Assembly (NCBI GenBank): GCA_037131755.1
Contig: JBAXQJ010000002.1
Coordinates: 8,851 to 72,850, forward strand
Source of the DNA: a bacterium
GTDB taxonomy: Bacteria > Patescibacteriota > Minisyncoccia > Phycocordibacterales > GWA1-40-21
DNA length: 64,000 nucleotides
Direction: 5' to 3'
Below are positions 11,035 through 20,567 of the stretch, in pieces; within the stretch, counting starts at the first letter, position 1; the number at the start of each line of letters is the position of its first letter. The position numbers and the translations under genes are program-made. The notes beneath the pieces were generated by a model, which saw nothing but the letters and a program-made list of their open reading frames with translations, did no database searches and was not told where the DNA came from.

Positions 11035-11220
11035 ATGGCAAAAACATCAACAACAGTCAGAGCACTAAAAACCCCGAAATTTGCGTCTAGAGTCGTTAGA
11101 CGATGTTTTCGCTGTGGTCGAAAACACGGTTATATGAGAGATTTCGATATGTGCAGAATTTGCTTTAGGGAGTTTGCCAATCAGGGTAAAATTCCAGGTA
11201 TTAAAAAATCATCATGGTAA
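11035..11220 (+). CDS. rpsN: 30S ribosomal protein S14, zinc-binding type Z
   Basis: RCFRCGR...CRICFRE, IPGIKKSSW. Confidence 0.97.
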   Translation: MAKTSTTVRALKTPKFASRVVRRCFRCGRKHGYMRDFDMCRICFREFANQGKIPGIKKSSW

Positions 11221-11603
11221 CAGATCCAGTTTCAGATTTTATAACAAGAATCAAGATGGCCGGCGCTTCCAATAAAGAAGTTGTCACCTTGCCTTATTCA
11301 AAATTGATTGATGCGATCGCGACCGTACTGGTTGCTGAGGGATATTTAAAGAGCGTTTCCAAGAAGAAAAAGAACGCTAGGACTTTTGATGTTGAAATCG
11401 CCTACAAAGATGGCAAGCCAAAGATCACTGGTGCCGTTCGAGTTTCCAAGCCGTCAAAGCGAGTTTATGAAAAAGCCGGCAACTTGAATTTGTTCAAGAG
11501 CGGTTTTGGCCGAACAATCCTTTCGACCCCACGAGGCATTTTGACAAACCGACAGGCCGTCAAAGAGAAAGCCGGTGGCGAAGTCTTGTTCAAAATTTGG
11601 TAA
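11214..11603 (+). CDS. rpsH: 30S ribosomal protein S8
   Basis: DPVSDFITRIK, RVSKPSKRVY, STPRG, GGEVL. Confidence 0.97.
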   Translation: MVTDPVSDFITRIKMAGASNKEVVTLPYSKLIDAIATVLVAEGYLKSVSKKKKNARTFDVEIAYKDGKPKITGAVRVSKPSKRVYEKAGNLNLFKSGFGRTILSTPRGILTNRQAVKEKAGGEVLFKIW

Positions 11604-11634
11604 TAACGACGTAAATTAAGCTAATAAAAATACA

Positions 11635-12174
11635 ATGAGCAGAATAGGAAAAAATGCAATAATAATCCCAGCTAAGACCGAAGTGAAGGTTGAGGGTGAT
11701 ACTGTCACCGTCAAAGGTCCTTTGGGCGAGCTCAAGAGGACTTTCCGAACCGGCATGACCATTACCGTCGCCGATGGCAAGGTTGTTGTTGCTCCCAAAA
11801 AGGCAAAAATCGATGTCAGCACAAACGCCCTTTGGGGAACTATCGCTTCTCATATCAAAAATATGGTCGGCGGAGTGAACAAGGCTTATGAAAAGAAATT
11901 GATTGTCGAGGGTATCGGTTTTAAGGCCGATGTCGTCGGTAGCGAATTGGTTTTCAAACTTGGTTTCTCGCACCCAATCAAGGTTGCTATTCCTAAGGAG
12001 TTGAAAGCTCTTTCTGAAAAGAACGTCATTACGGTTTCCGGAATTGACAAAGAATTGGTTGGCCGCTATGTGGCGGAGATTCGCGCTTTGAAAAAGCCGG
12101 AGCCTTACAAAGGCAAGGGTATCCGATACAGCGATGAAGTAATCAAGAGAAAGGAAGGTAAGAAGACAGCATAA
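11635..12174 (+). CDS. rplF: 50S ribosomal protein L6
   Basis: MSRIGK, LGFSHP, PEPYKGKGIRY. Confidence 0.98.
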   Translation: MSRIGKNAIIIPAKTEVKVEGDTVTVKGPLGELKRTFRTGMTITVADGKVVVAPKKAKIDVSTNALWGTIASHIKNMVGGVNKAYEKKLIVEGIGFKADVVGSELVFKLGFSHPIKVAIPKELKALSEKNVITVSGIDKELVGRYVAEIRALKKPEPYKGKGIRYSDEVIKRKEGKKTA

Positions 12175-12219
12175 TCTAGAGGACTTTTGAAAAAGATTTA
12201 AGAAGAATTATTTAAAACA

Positions 12220-12570
12220 ATGAAGAAAGTAAATATAAAAAAAGCCAAGATTGAGAGACGACACAAGAAAATCCGTGCCAAGATTTTTGGTACCGAAGCC
12301 AAGCCACGATTGTCGATCTTCAAGTCAAACAAGTATATTTACGGTCAGATTATCAATGATGACGCCCAGAAGACCATTCTTTCCTTGTCATCAATGAAGG
12401 TAAAAGGTAAGACTTTCTCTGAGCGAGCGGTTGCGACCGGCAAGGAGTTGGCCAAGATGGCTCTCGACAAGAAAATCGATACTGTCGTCTTTGATCGAGG
12501 TGGTTTCAAGTATGTCGGCCGAGTGAAAGCTTTTGCCGATGGCGCTCGAGAGGGTGGTCTTAAATTCTAA
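12220..12570 (+). CDS. rplR: 50S ribosomal protein L18
   Basis: PRLSIFKSNKYIY, VVFDRGG, AREGGLKF. Confidence 0.97.
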   Translation: MKKVNIKKAKIERRHKKIRAKIFGTEAKPRLSIFKSNKYIYGQIINDDAQKTILSLSSMKVKGKTFSERAVATGKELAKMALDKKIDTVVFDRGGFKYVGRVKAFADGAREGGLKF

Positions 12571-12602
12571 TACGTAACATAAATTAATTTTTAATAAAAA
12601 TC

Positions 12603-13307
12603 ATGGAAGAAGTAAAAAAAGAAAACACAACCGCTCCAGTCGCTCCAACCGCTCCGGCCACGCCAGCAGCGAGAACTTTTGGTAATACTTCCAGATTCAA
12701 TAATGGACAGAATTCACGTTTCAGCCGATTCGCTCCACGAACTGGTGGCGCGCCATCTACTGGTGGTGATAATCGCGTAAAAAATACTCGAAAGCCAATG
12801 TCTCGATCCGAACGACCACGAGCGGAATTTGAACAGAAAATGTTGAATATCCGACGTGTCGCCCGTGTTGCAACCGGTGGACGCCGATTCAATTTCTCTG
12901 TCGCGCTGGTCGCTGGTGATAAGAAAGGCAAGGTAGGTGTTGGTCTGGGTAAGGCCAATGATACTTCTTTGGCAATCGATAAATCTCTCCGAAATGCCAA
13001 GAAAAATATGATCGTGGTCAACACAACAAAAACTTTTTCTATTCCTCATGAAGTCTCGGCAAAATACTGCAGCGCTATGGTGGTAATCCGACCGGCACCA
13101 GGCCGAGGAGTCGTGGCTGGTAGCGCCGTCCGAAACGTCTTGGACTTAGCGGGAGTGAAAGATGTGACCGCCAAGATTTTGTCCGGTTCAAAGAACAAGC
13201 TAAATATCGCTCGAGCAACCATCATCGCTTTGTCTCAATTGCCAAAAATTGAGAAGAAAGAGGTTAAAGCTCCGATCAAGGAAGCCGAAGTTAAAGCCGT
13301 TAAATAA
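12603..13307 (+). CDS. rpsE: 30S ribosomal protein S5 with low-complexity N-terminal extension
   Basis: RRVARVATGGRRFNF, RPAPGRGVVAG. Confidence 0.97.
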   Translation: MEEVKKENTTAPVAPTAPATPAARTFGNTSRFNNGQNSRFSRFAPRTGGAPSTGGDNRVKNTRKPMSRSERPRAEFEQKMLNIRRVARVATGGRRFNFSVALVAGDKKGKVGVGLGKANDTSLAIDKSLRNAKKNMIVVNTTKTFSIPHEVSAKYCSAMVVIRPAPGRGVVAGSAVRNVLDLAGVKDVTAKILSGSKNKLNIARATIIALSQLPKIEKKEVKAPIKEAEVKAVK

Positions 13308-13318
13308 TATTTAATACC

Positions 13319-13759
13319 ATGCAGATACATAATCTAAAAAGAAAAACCCCACTCAAGAAAAGCACTGTTGTTGGACGCGGTGGTAAGAGAGGTAAGACAT
13401 CTGGCCGAGGAGGCAAGGGTCAGACCGCGCGTGCTGGTCACAAGATGCGACCAGAATGGCGAGATATCATCAAGAAAATGCCGAAACTCCGAGGCTATGC
13501 CTTCCAGTCACTCAGCAAAATCAAGGAACCAATTTTTGCAATCAACGTCTCATCATTGAATGAATTTTTCTCAAATGGTGACACCGTCAAGCCTTCAACC
13601 CTCGCGGCCAAAGGAATCGTTGAAGCCAAGTATGGTAAGAACCAGAAAATAAAAGTCTTGGGTGATGGCGAGATAACAAAGAAAATTACCGTCGTCGGTT
13701 GTGAAGTTTCAAAATCAGCAAAAGAGAAAATCGAAAAAGCTGGCGGCGCGGTTAAATAA
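13319..13759 (+). CDS. rplO: 50S ribosomal protein L15
   Basis: VGRGGKRGKTSGRGGKGQTAR, KIEKAGG. Confidence 0.97.
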   Translation: MQIHNLKRKTPLKKSTVVGRGGKRGKTSGRGGKGQTARAGHKMRPEWRDIIKKMPKLRGYAFQSLSKIKEPIFAINVSSLNEFFSNGDTVKPSTLAAKGIVEAKYGKNQKIKVLGDGEITKKITVVGCEVSKSAKEKIEKAGGAVK

Positions 13760-13790
13760 ACCGCCCGTTTTGCAATTAATTTTTAATCAT

Positions 13791-15074
13791 ATGTTTCAAA
13801 ATTTCATTACAAAAACCGTTCAGATATTCAAGGATCCGTCTTTGCGTCGAAGGATTTTGGTGGTGATTGGCGCTCTGGCTTTGTTCCGTGTTTTGTCGAC
13901 AATCCCAATTCCTGGAATAAATGCCGACAAATTGGCCGCCTTTTTCGATCAGTCAGCCGCTGGTGATATTTTTGGTTTGGTCAGCATCGTTTCTGGTGGC
14001 GGACTCAGCCATTTGTCCATTGTGATGCTTGGTGTTGGTCCCTATATTACCGGTTCGATCATTATGCAGCTGCTCACCATGATCTTTCCTAAATTGAAAG
14101 CGATGTATCACGAAGAAGGAGAGTTGGGTCGGGCAAAATTCACTCAATACTCAAGAATTTTGACTGTGCCTCTCGCTATCGTCCAAGGTTTTGGTTATTT
14201 GATGTTGCTAGAGAAATCCGGAGCGGTGGAGAGCCTCGGTGTGATCGGCTTTATTGCTAATATCGCGATGATTACGGCCGGATCGGTTCTTCTGATGTGG
14301 ATGGGCGAGCTTATGACGGAATTCGGTATCGGTAACGGAACCTCAATGATTATCTTCGCCGGTATCGTCGCCGCTATCCCAACCCACCTGTCTCAGATGG
14401 TAGTCAACTTTACTTCCAGTCAGATCCCAATGACCATCCTTCTGGCCGTTGCTGGTGTTTTGATTGTTCTCGGTGTTGTGATCGTGACTGAAGCAGAAAG
14501 ACCGATTCCGGTCACTTATGCCAAGAGGATTCGCGGTAACAAAGTCTATGGTGGTGTTTCGACTTATCTGCCGCTTCGAGTGAACCAGGCTGGTGTGATT
14601 CCGATCATCTTTGCTTTGTCGATCCTTTTGTTTCCACAGATGATTTTCAAATTCTTAGCAACAGTTCCAAACCACATTGTCGCCAGTGTTTCTGATTATA
14701 TCGTTGGGGTATTGGCAAATGGCTGGTTCTACTCAATCTTTTATTTCATCTTGGTCTTCTTGTTTACTTATTTCTACACCGCTGTTACTTTCGATCCGCA
14801 TGCTATTTCGGAAAATTTGCAGAAGAACGGCGCCTTTATACCAGGTGTTCGACCAGGTGATTCCACCTCGGAATACATTTCCAAGATCTTGACCAGAATC
14901 ACAATGGTTGGAGCTATCTTCCTCGGTCTTGTTGCTGTCTTGCCGCTTGCTATGAAAGCGATCACTGGTATTTCTTCGATTGCGATCGGCGGTACGGCAC
15001 TCTTGATCGTTGTTTCTGTCGTTCTTGATTTGATTAAAAAGGTGGACGCCCAGTTGTCGATGAGAGAGTACTAA
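13791..15074 (+). CDS. secY: preprotein translocase subunit SecY
   Basis: LGVGPYITGSII, GIGNGTS, AGVIPIIFA, IPGVRPG, GGTALLIVV; start moved to ATG 13791. Confidence 0.97.
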   Translation: MFQNFITKTVQIFKDPSLRRRILVVIGALALFRVLSTIPIPGINADKLAAFFDQSAAGDIFGLVSIVSGGGLSHLSIVMLGVGPYITGSIIMQLLTMIFPKLKAMYHEEGELGRAKFTQYSRILTVPLAIVQGFGYLMLLEKSGAVESLGVIGFIANIAMITAGSVLLMWMGELMTEFGIGNGTSMIIFAGIVAAIPTHLSQMVVNFTSSQIPMTILLAVAGVLIVLGVVIVTEAERPIPVTYAKRIRGNKVYGGVSTYLPLRVNQAGVIPIIFALSILLFPQMIFKFLATVPNHIVASVSDYIVGVLANGWFYSIFYFILVFLFTYFYTAVTFDPHAISENLQKNGAFIPGVRPGDSTSEYISKILTRITMVGAIFLGLVAVLPLAMKAITGISSIAIGGTALLIVVSVVLDLIKKVDAQLSMREY

Positions 15075-15103
15075 AATAGTATTTAGTACCTTGTATATAG
15101 GAA

Positions 15104-15136
15104 AAAGCCGGGGTTTGCAAAGCAAACCCCGGCTTT
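15104..15136 (+). terminator. terminator after secY
   Basis: AAAGCCGGGGTTTGC-AAA-GCAAACCCCGGCTTT. Confidence 0.75.
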
Positions 15137-15182
15137 CGTTGGTCTCTTTTAATATTCCACATTTTAAGGTAATATCAAATCT

Positions 15183-15863
15183 ATGGATAAGCAGAAATTT
15201 TACGTTGTAGGCACGCCAATCGGAAATATGGAAGACATCACCTACCGGGCGGTGCGTATTTTGCGCGAGGTGGATATGATCCTATGTGAAGATACGCGGG
15301 TAACTTTGAACTTGCTAAATAAATACGAGATCAAGAATACGACCATGAGCTATCACAGTCAGAGCGAGATTTCCAAGGTACAAAAAATACTGGACTTAAT
15401 CCAGGAAGGAAAGACTTTAGCCCTAGTTTCTGATGCTGGCACCCCAACCATTTCCGACCCAGGCTCGATGTTGATTGCCAAAATCCGCGAAACCTTTCCG
15501 GAATTGGAAATAATCGCCATCCCCGGACCGAGCGCTTTTGTGTCAGCTCTGTCTGTTGCCGGTCTTCATTCCGCGGAATTCACTTTCTTGGGCTTCCTCC
15601 CGCACAAGAAAGGCCGAGAGACTTTGTTTAAAGAGATCGCCACATCTCGGAGGGTGATGGTCTTTTACGAGTCGCCTCACCGCATCATGAAGACCTTGGA
15701 ATCTTTGAAAAAGTTTGCTCCGGCGAAAAAAGTGGTCATCGCCCGCGAATTGACAAAAATATTTGAACAGATAGTCACCGGCCTGCCGGAAGAAGTCGAG
15801 AAATATTTTCTAAAAAATGCCGACAAAGTCCGGGGGGAATTCGTGGTGATGGTTTCGCCTTAG
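15183..15863 (+). CDS. rsmI: 16S rRNA C1402 2'-O-methyltransferase
   Basis: TPIGNMEDITYRA, CEDTR, SDAGTPTISDPG, YESPHR, RELTK. Confidence 0.96.
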   Translation: MDKQKFYVVGTPIGNMEDITYRAVRILREVDMILCEDTRVTLNLLNKYEIKNTTMSYHSQSEISKVQKILDLIQEGKTLALVSDAGTPTISDPGSMLIAKIRETFPELEIIAIPGPSAFVSALSVAGLHSAEFTFLGFLPHKKGRETLFKEIATSRRVMVFYESPHRIMKTLESLKKFAPAKKVVIARELTKIFEQIVTGLPEEVEKYFLKNADKVRGEFVVMVSP

Positions 15864-15942
15864 GCTGGACCGGTTCGGGATAATATGCTACTTTAATTTT
15901 GGGAAAATCGTAATTCGAATCAAAGAAAGGCTGGTGAGAAGA

Positions 15943-16188
15943 ATGAAAGAAGAAAAAAAGACATTCAATATCGACTGGGTCGAATTTTGGTTTATGATCA
16001 TTGTTGCTGCCTTCTATGGCCTGATCTTTTCCAGTTTGGCGGTTCATTTCTTCCATTTCGGCACAAAAGGGTTTGCCGTTTCCTTTCTTGTCAGTTTGGT
16101 TTTGTTCTACAAGATCCAACTACATTTGCCTAATGACAATGATGAGGCAAATAGCCCGAGGGGCGGGGATTTTTGCGGATTGGATTAA
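15943..16188 (+). CDS. small hypothetical membrane protein (2 TM)
   Basis: hydrophobic ORF, upstream TGcTACTTT, purine-rich weak SD, terminator at 16210-16237; start could be GTG 15934. Confidence 0.6.
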   Translation: MKEEKKTFNIDWVEFWFMIIVAAFYGLIFSSLAVHFFHFGTKGFAVSFLVSLVLFYKIQLHLPNDNDEANSPRGGDFCGLD

Positions 16189-16297
16189 TTATCGGAACGC
16201 TAACTTGACCGCTGGTTTCATGCCAGCGATTTTTTTTATGTGATTTTTCCCTCGACTATGTTAGAATACGTTTGATTAGCAGTTTTAATTTAATTTT

Positions 16298-16522
16298 ATG
16301 GTAAAAATAACATCTGTGACAATAGTTGGTTTCCTGTTGATGCTCGCTCCATTTTACGGCTTGCCCAAAGACTGGATTATTGTCGGGGCAGCCATCGGTG
16401 GCTTAGCAGTGTTGGTTTTATCTATCATGATTAGAAAGGAGTTACATGTTGTTTTGAAAGAATTGCATACGCCAGGCAGTGAGAAGGCTGATGTCTTTGT
16501 GGATAGCGAGATGAAGAAATAA
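16298..16522 (+). CDS. small hypothetical membrane protein (2 TM)
   Basis: 74 aa with two hydrophobic segments and an AT-rich leader. Confidence 0.7.
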   Translation: MVKITSVTIVGFLLMLAPFYGLPKDWIIVGAAIGGLAVLVLSIMIRKELHVVLKELHTPGSEKADVFVDSEMKK

Positions 16523-16533
16523 GATTTTTGCAA

Positions 16534-17706
16534 ATGAGAATTATTGCTAAACAAAAAATGTTTTGGGTGGCGGTTGTTGTGGTTATTTTTGGCATCTCAC
16601 TCTTCGTTCTGCCGTATCTTTTGCCGACCAATTTTTCCCTCGGTTTAAGCGAGGTAGAGGCGCCAAAAATCGAAGTGGAAAAAGTCCCTCATGTCTCGAC
16701 GCCGACCGCCGTAAAAGGTATCTATATGACTTCGTGCGTGGCGAGCATGCCGACTTTTCGTGCGAAGCTGGTAAAACTTATTGATGAAACGGAGCTCAAC
16801 TCGGTTGTCATCGATATCAAGGATTATTCCGGCACAATTTCGGTGGATTTTAATAATCCAGAGTATAAGTCGGCCTATGAAGCCAATGGTTGTAAGGTGA
16901 AAGACATGAAAGATTTCATCAAATCTTTACACGAGAAAAATATTTACGTAATCGCCAGAATTACCTCTTTCCAAGATCCGTTTGTTGCCAAGCAACATCC
17001 CGAGTGGGCGATAAAAAAGAAAAGCGATAAGACCGTCGTGTGGAAAGATCGCAAGGGGATAAGCTTTATCGATGCTAATAACCGGGATATGTGGAAATAT
17101 TTGGCTGATTTGGGAACGGAGGCTTATAAATTAGGCTTTGATGAAATAAATTTTGATTATATCCGTTTTCCGTCTGATGGCGATATGAAAGACATATATT
17201 TTCCTTGGAGCAATAGTATTTTGACTACTTCAACCTCGACGATGCCCAAGGCGGTGGTGATGAAAGGCTTCTTCGAATATTTGCACAGCCGGTTTGGTGG
17301 AACAGAAACAAAAATCTCGGCCGATCTTTTTGGCATGACGACCACCAATACTGACGACCTGAACATCGGCCAATTGCTAGAAGATGCCGCCCCAAATTTT
17401 GATTACATTGCGCCGATGGTCTACCCGTCGCATTATCCGTCCGGTTTTAATAATTACAAAGACGTGAATGCCCATCCTTACGATATTGTGAAATTTTCGA
17501 TGGATAAAGCGGTGGCGCGTTTGATCTTGGCCAGTACGACACCTCTCAAATTGCGACCATGGTTGCAAGACAATGATTATCCCGTGCCTTATACGCCGGA
17601 GATGGTTCGGGCGCAAATGAAGGCGACGTATGATGCCGGTCTGAATTCCTGGATGTTATGGGATGCGGCCAATACTTATACTCGCGCGGCTTTGTTAGCT
17701 GAGTAA
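16534..17706 (+). CDS. membrane-anchored putative glycoside hydrolase (DUF4015-like)
   Basis: N-terminal TM, VKGIYMT, VVIDIKD, GFDEINFDYIRFP, PMVYPSHY, RPWLQ. Confidence 0.85.
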   Translation: MRIIAKQKMFWVAVVVVIFGISLFVLPYLLPTNFSLGLSEVEAPKIEVEKVPHVSTPTAVKGIYMTSCVASMPTFRAKLVKLIDETELNSVVIDIKDYSGTISVDFNNPEYKSAYEANGCKVKDMKDFIKSLHEKNIYVIARITSFQDPFVAKQHPEWAIKKKSDKTVVWKDRKGISFIDANNRDMWKYLADLGTEAYKLGFDEINFDYIRFPSDGDMKDIYFPWSNSILTTSTSTMPKAVVMKGFFEYLHSRFGGTETKISADLFGMTTTNTDDLNIGQLLEDAAPNFDYIAPMVYPSHYPSGFNNYKDVNAHPYDIVKFSMDKAVARLILASTTPLKLRPWLQDNDYPVPYTPEMVRAQMKATYDAGLNSWMLWDAANTYTRAALLAE

Positions 17707-17789
17707 GTTTTTATGTCTGGACAAAAGTCCAAAAATGATTAGTATTATTTACGGATTGCAAGTCAGGAACTATTTTGAAAGGGTGTTAG

Positions 17790-18197
17790 ATGGAACCAAA
17801 AGAGCTTAAACGTTATAACCGACGTATCCGTCAGTGGGAACACGAACTGGTGGAGGAACTGGCGTCTTGTATGTTGCGAGGGGAAAATCCGCCCAGAGAT
17901 AAAAAAGCAGCGGCCTTTGGCGCATCATTCTTCTCTAGGCTGAGTGAAGACGACTGTTGCTACTGGGCAATGTTTTCTGCCCGTTGCGATAAAGAGATCT
18001 CATCGGAAAATTTCTTGAAATGTCTGAGTTCCTGGCTGATATTGGGCCAGGATAGGTTTTCTGAAATCTGTGAGGAAGCCAAACCCTTGGAAGTTCCTCA
18101 GAAAAGCATTGATTGGCTAAAGACGGTAAGTGCCAATTCAGTGACGCGTCCTTTGGCCGCTAGGGGATTTAGACGGGCTCGATATGCTTGCCTTTGA
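17790..18197 (+). CDS. hypothetical protein (cassette-type ORFan, weak SD)
   Basis: AAAGGGTG upstream; own terminator at 18203-18236. Confidence 0.65.
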   Translation: MEPKELKRYNRRIRQWEHELVEELASCMLRGENPPRDKKAAAFGASFFSRLSEDDCCYWAMFSARCDKEISSENFLKCLSSWLILGQDRFSEICEEAKPLEVPQKSIDWLKTVSANSVTRPLAARGFRRARYACL

Positions 18198-18317
18198 TTT
18201 TTGCCAGTGATTGCATCCGCAGTCGCTGGCCTTTTTGTTTGAATTTTTCTTATAATTATCGGTCGGCCCACTGGCAAGTTTAACGTTCCGACAGACTTAT
18301 GTTATAATACATTTCAA

Positions 18318-20345
18318 ATGTACGATCCAGAGAGAATAACAACTTTTGCGAGAACGGACGCCCGTAACAAACTGGTGGAGTTTGGCATTAAGGCCAAAGA
18401 CCGTACCCGTCACGTCTATGTGATCGGTAAAACCGGTATGGGTAAATCTACTTTGCTGGAAAACATGGCGGTACAGGATATCCAAAATGGCGAGGGTATG
18501 GCCTTTATCGATCCGCACGGCAAGACGGCGGAACTGCTATTGAATTATGTGCCGGAACATCGCGTCAAAGACGTTCTGTATTTTGCGCCGTTCGATATGG
18601 ATAATCCGATCTCTTTCAACGTACTCGAAGATGTCGGCTATGACAAGAGACACCTGGTCGTGTCCGGCTTGATGAGCACCTTCAAGAAAATCTGGGTGGA
18701 TGCCTGGTCAGCGCGAATGGAATACATCTTGGGCAATACTTTGTTAGCCCTCCTGGAAACTCCCGGTACGACTTTGTTGTCGGTAAACAGAATGTTGGCC
18801 GACAAGGAATTCAGGAAGAAGGTAGTCAACAACGTGACTGACCCATCGGTCAAGTCTTTTTGGGTAGATGAGTTTGCCAAATATACGGACAAATTTGCCG
18901 CTGAAGCAACGCCGGCCATCCAGAACAAGATCGGTCAATTTACCAATAATCCGCTGATTAGAAATATTATCGGTCAGGCCAAATCGTCTTTTGATTTGCG
19001 AAAGATGATCGATGAGGGAAAGATTATTATTATCAACCTGTCCAAAGGTCGGGTCGGTGAGGCTAATGCTAACCTGCTTGGCTCAATGTTGATTACCAAG
19101 ATTTACCTGGCAGCCATGTCCCGCGCTGACGTGTCAGAAAAAACTTTGCAGAAATTGCCAAACTTTTACCTCTATGTCGATGAATTTCAGTCGTTTGCCA
19201 ATGAAAGCTTTGCCGACATTTTGTCGGAGGCGAGAAAGTATAAATTAAACTTGACGATTGCCCACCAATATATAGAGCAGATGTCTGAGGAAGTGCGAGC
19301 GGCGGTTTTTGGCAACGTTGGTACGATGATTACTTTCCGTGTCGGAGCGATCGACGCTGAAGTCTTGGAAAAGGAATTTGCTCCGCAATTTACTGCCGAG
19401 GACCTGGTGAACCTGGGAATGTTCCAACTTTATTTAAAATTAATGATTGATGGGGCCTCGTCACAGCCTTTTTCAGCGACATCTTTGCCGCCAATCAAAG
19501 AACCGGAAATTTCCTTTAAACAGGAGGCCGTAGACATGTCTCGAAAGCAGTTTGCGCAACAGCGCGAATTGGTGGAAAAGGATATTATGGAATGGCATAG
19601 AGGCGATGGCGTAGGCGGTGGGAATGCCTCTGAAGAGCCTAAAAATGCCGTAAATAACGACAGAAATACCAATACCGGCAATACGTCTTCTTATGGCGGT
19701 CAAAGCCCTGTGGGTCAAAAATACACCCAAAAACCAAACATAAACAGGGAAGAAAAAACGGATAGAAAATTTCCCGGGCAAGGCGATGGCCAGTCCATCC
19801 AAAAGCCAAAATATGAAAAAAGGGCTCCAATCCAGCCGGTACAAACAGTGCCGATGAAGCCGGTCTTTGTTTTGCAAAAAACGCAACCAGTAGCCGAGAG
19901 GACAGAAGAAAAAGCTTTTGTACCGCCGGCTTTGGAAAAGGAAGCCGGGGATGACTTTGTGTCATTAAAAGATCTGAAAAAAGCGGTTGAAAAAGTCATC
20001 GAACCAGCCAGACCGATCGAGCCAGAAAAGAAAAATTCGCTGACGGGGACTGAAAAAAGTAATGCCACCGGCACCAACAATCTCAATGTCAAAAAAGCGG
20101 GCAACCCGGAGAGCTTGAGCGAATTGCGAGCGGTTTTAGCCGCTTTCAAAAAAGATAGTGTTAAAAAGGATGATGAAAAAATTTCCCCAAAGAAGACTGA
20201 AATGGTTGGGGAGAAGAATTCAGTCAACGACGTCAAGAAAACGGAGACCATAAATACTCAAAAAGAAGAACCAAAAAAACTGGCGGAAATCCCCAAGGAT
20301 GTTTTGGAGAAAATCCTCCGGGTGGATGACTCAAATAATAAATAA
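18318..20345 (+). CDS. VirD4/TrwB/HerA-like P-loop ATPase (type IV coupling protein-like) with disordered C-terminal tail
   Basis: HVYVIGKTGMGKS Walker A, IDPHG, YVDEFQ Walker B, EARKY, AHQY. Confidence 0.85.
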   Translation: MYDPERITTFARTDARNKLVEFGIKAKDRTRHVYVIGKTGMGKSTLLENMAVQDIQNGEGMAFIDPHGKTAELLLNYVPEHRVKDVLYFAPFDMDNPISFNVLEDVGYDKRHLVVSGLMSTFKKIWVDAWSARMEYILGNTLLALLETPGTTLLSVNRMLADKEFRKKVVNNVTDPSVKSFWVDEFAKYTDKFAAEATPAIQNKIGQFTNNPLIRNIIGQAKSSFDLRKMIDEGKIIIINLSKGRVGEANANLLGSMLITKIYLAAMSRADVSEKTLQKLPNFYLYVDEFQSFANESFADILSEARKYKLNLTIAHQYIEQMSEEVRAAVFGNVGTMITFRVGAIDAEVLEKEFAPQFTAEDLVNLGMFQLYLKLMIDGASSQPFSATSLPPIKEPEISFKQEAVDMSRKQFAQQRELVEKDIMEWHRGDGVGGGNASEEPKNAVNNDRNTNTGNTSSYGGQSPVGQKYTQKPNINREEKTDRKFPGQGDGQSIQKPKYEKRAPIQPVQTVPMKPVFVLQKTQPVAERTEEKAFVPPALEKEAGDDFVSLKDLKKAVEKVIEPARPIEPEKKNSLTGTEKSNATGTNNLNVKKAGNPESLSELRAVLAAFKKDSVKKDDEKISPKKTEMVGEKNSVNDVKKTETINTQKEEPKKLAEIPKDVLEKILRVDDSNNK

Positions 20346-20354
20346 GTCACTTAA

Positions 20355-20388
20355 CTGTCATTTCCGTGGAGACGGAAATCCAGTATCT
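20355..20388 (+). repeat. REP-like palindrome, GTCATTCCCGC..GCGGGAATCCAG type, copy 1
   Basis: CTGTCATTTCCGTGGAGACGGAAATCCAGTATCT. Confidence 0.75.
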
Positions 20389-20399
20389 ATCTTAGTACA

Positions 20400-20567
20400 A
20401 TGGATATCTATCTGCTCGTAACCCTAGCTTTGATCGTTATATCTATCAGTGCAGTTTTATCTGTACTGATTTTGAGTCGAATGGAAAATAAGCCTGATTT
20501 AGCAGACGATCATACTCAATCTTCGCAAGATTCCGCTGAAGATTTTGATATCACTGTTTTAGAATAA
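20400..20567 (+). CDS. 55 aa single-TM protein with acidic tail (not in ORF track)
   Basis: MDIYLLVTLALIVISISAVLSVLILSRMENKPDLADDHTQSSQDSAEDFDITVLE. Confidence 0.55.
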   Translation: MDIYLLVTLALIVISISAVLSVLILSRMENKPDLADDHTQSSQDSAEDFDITVLE

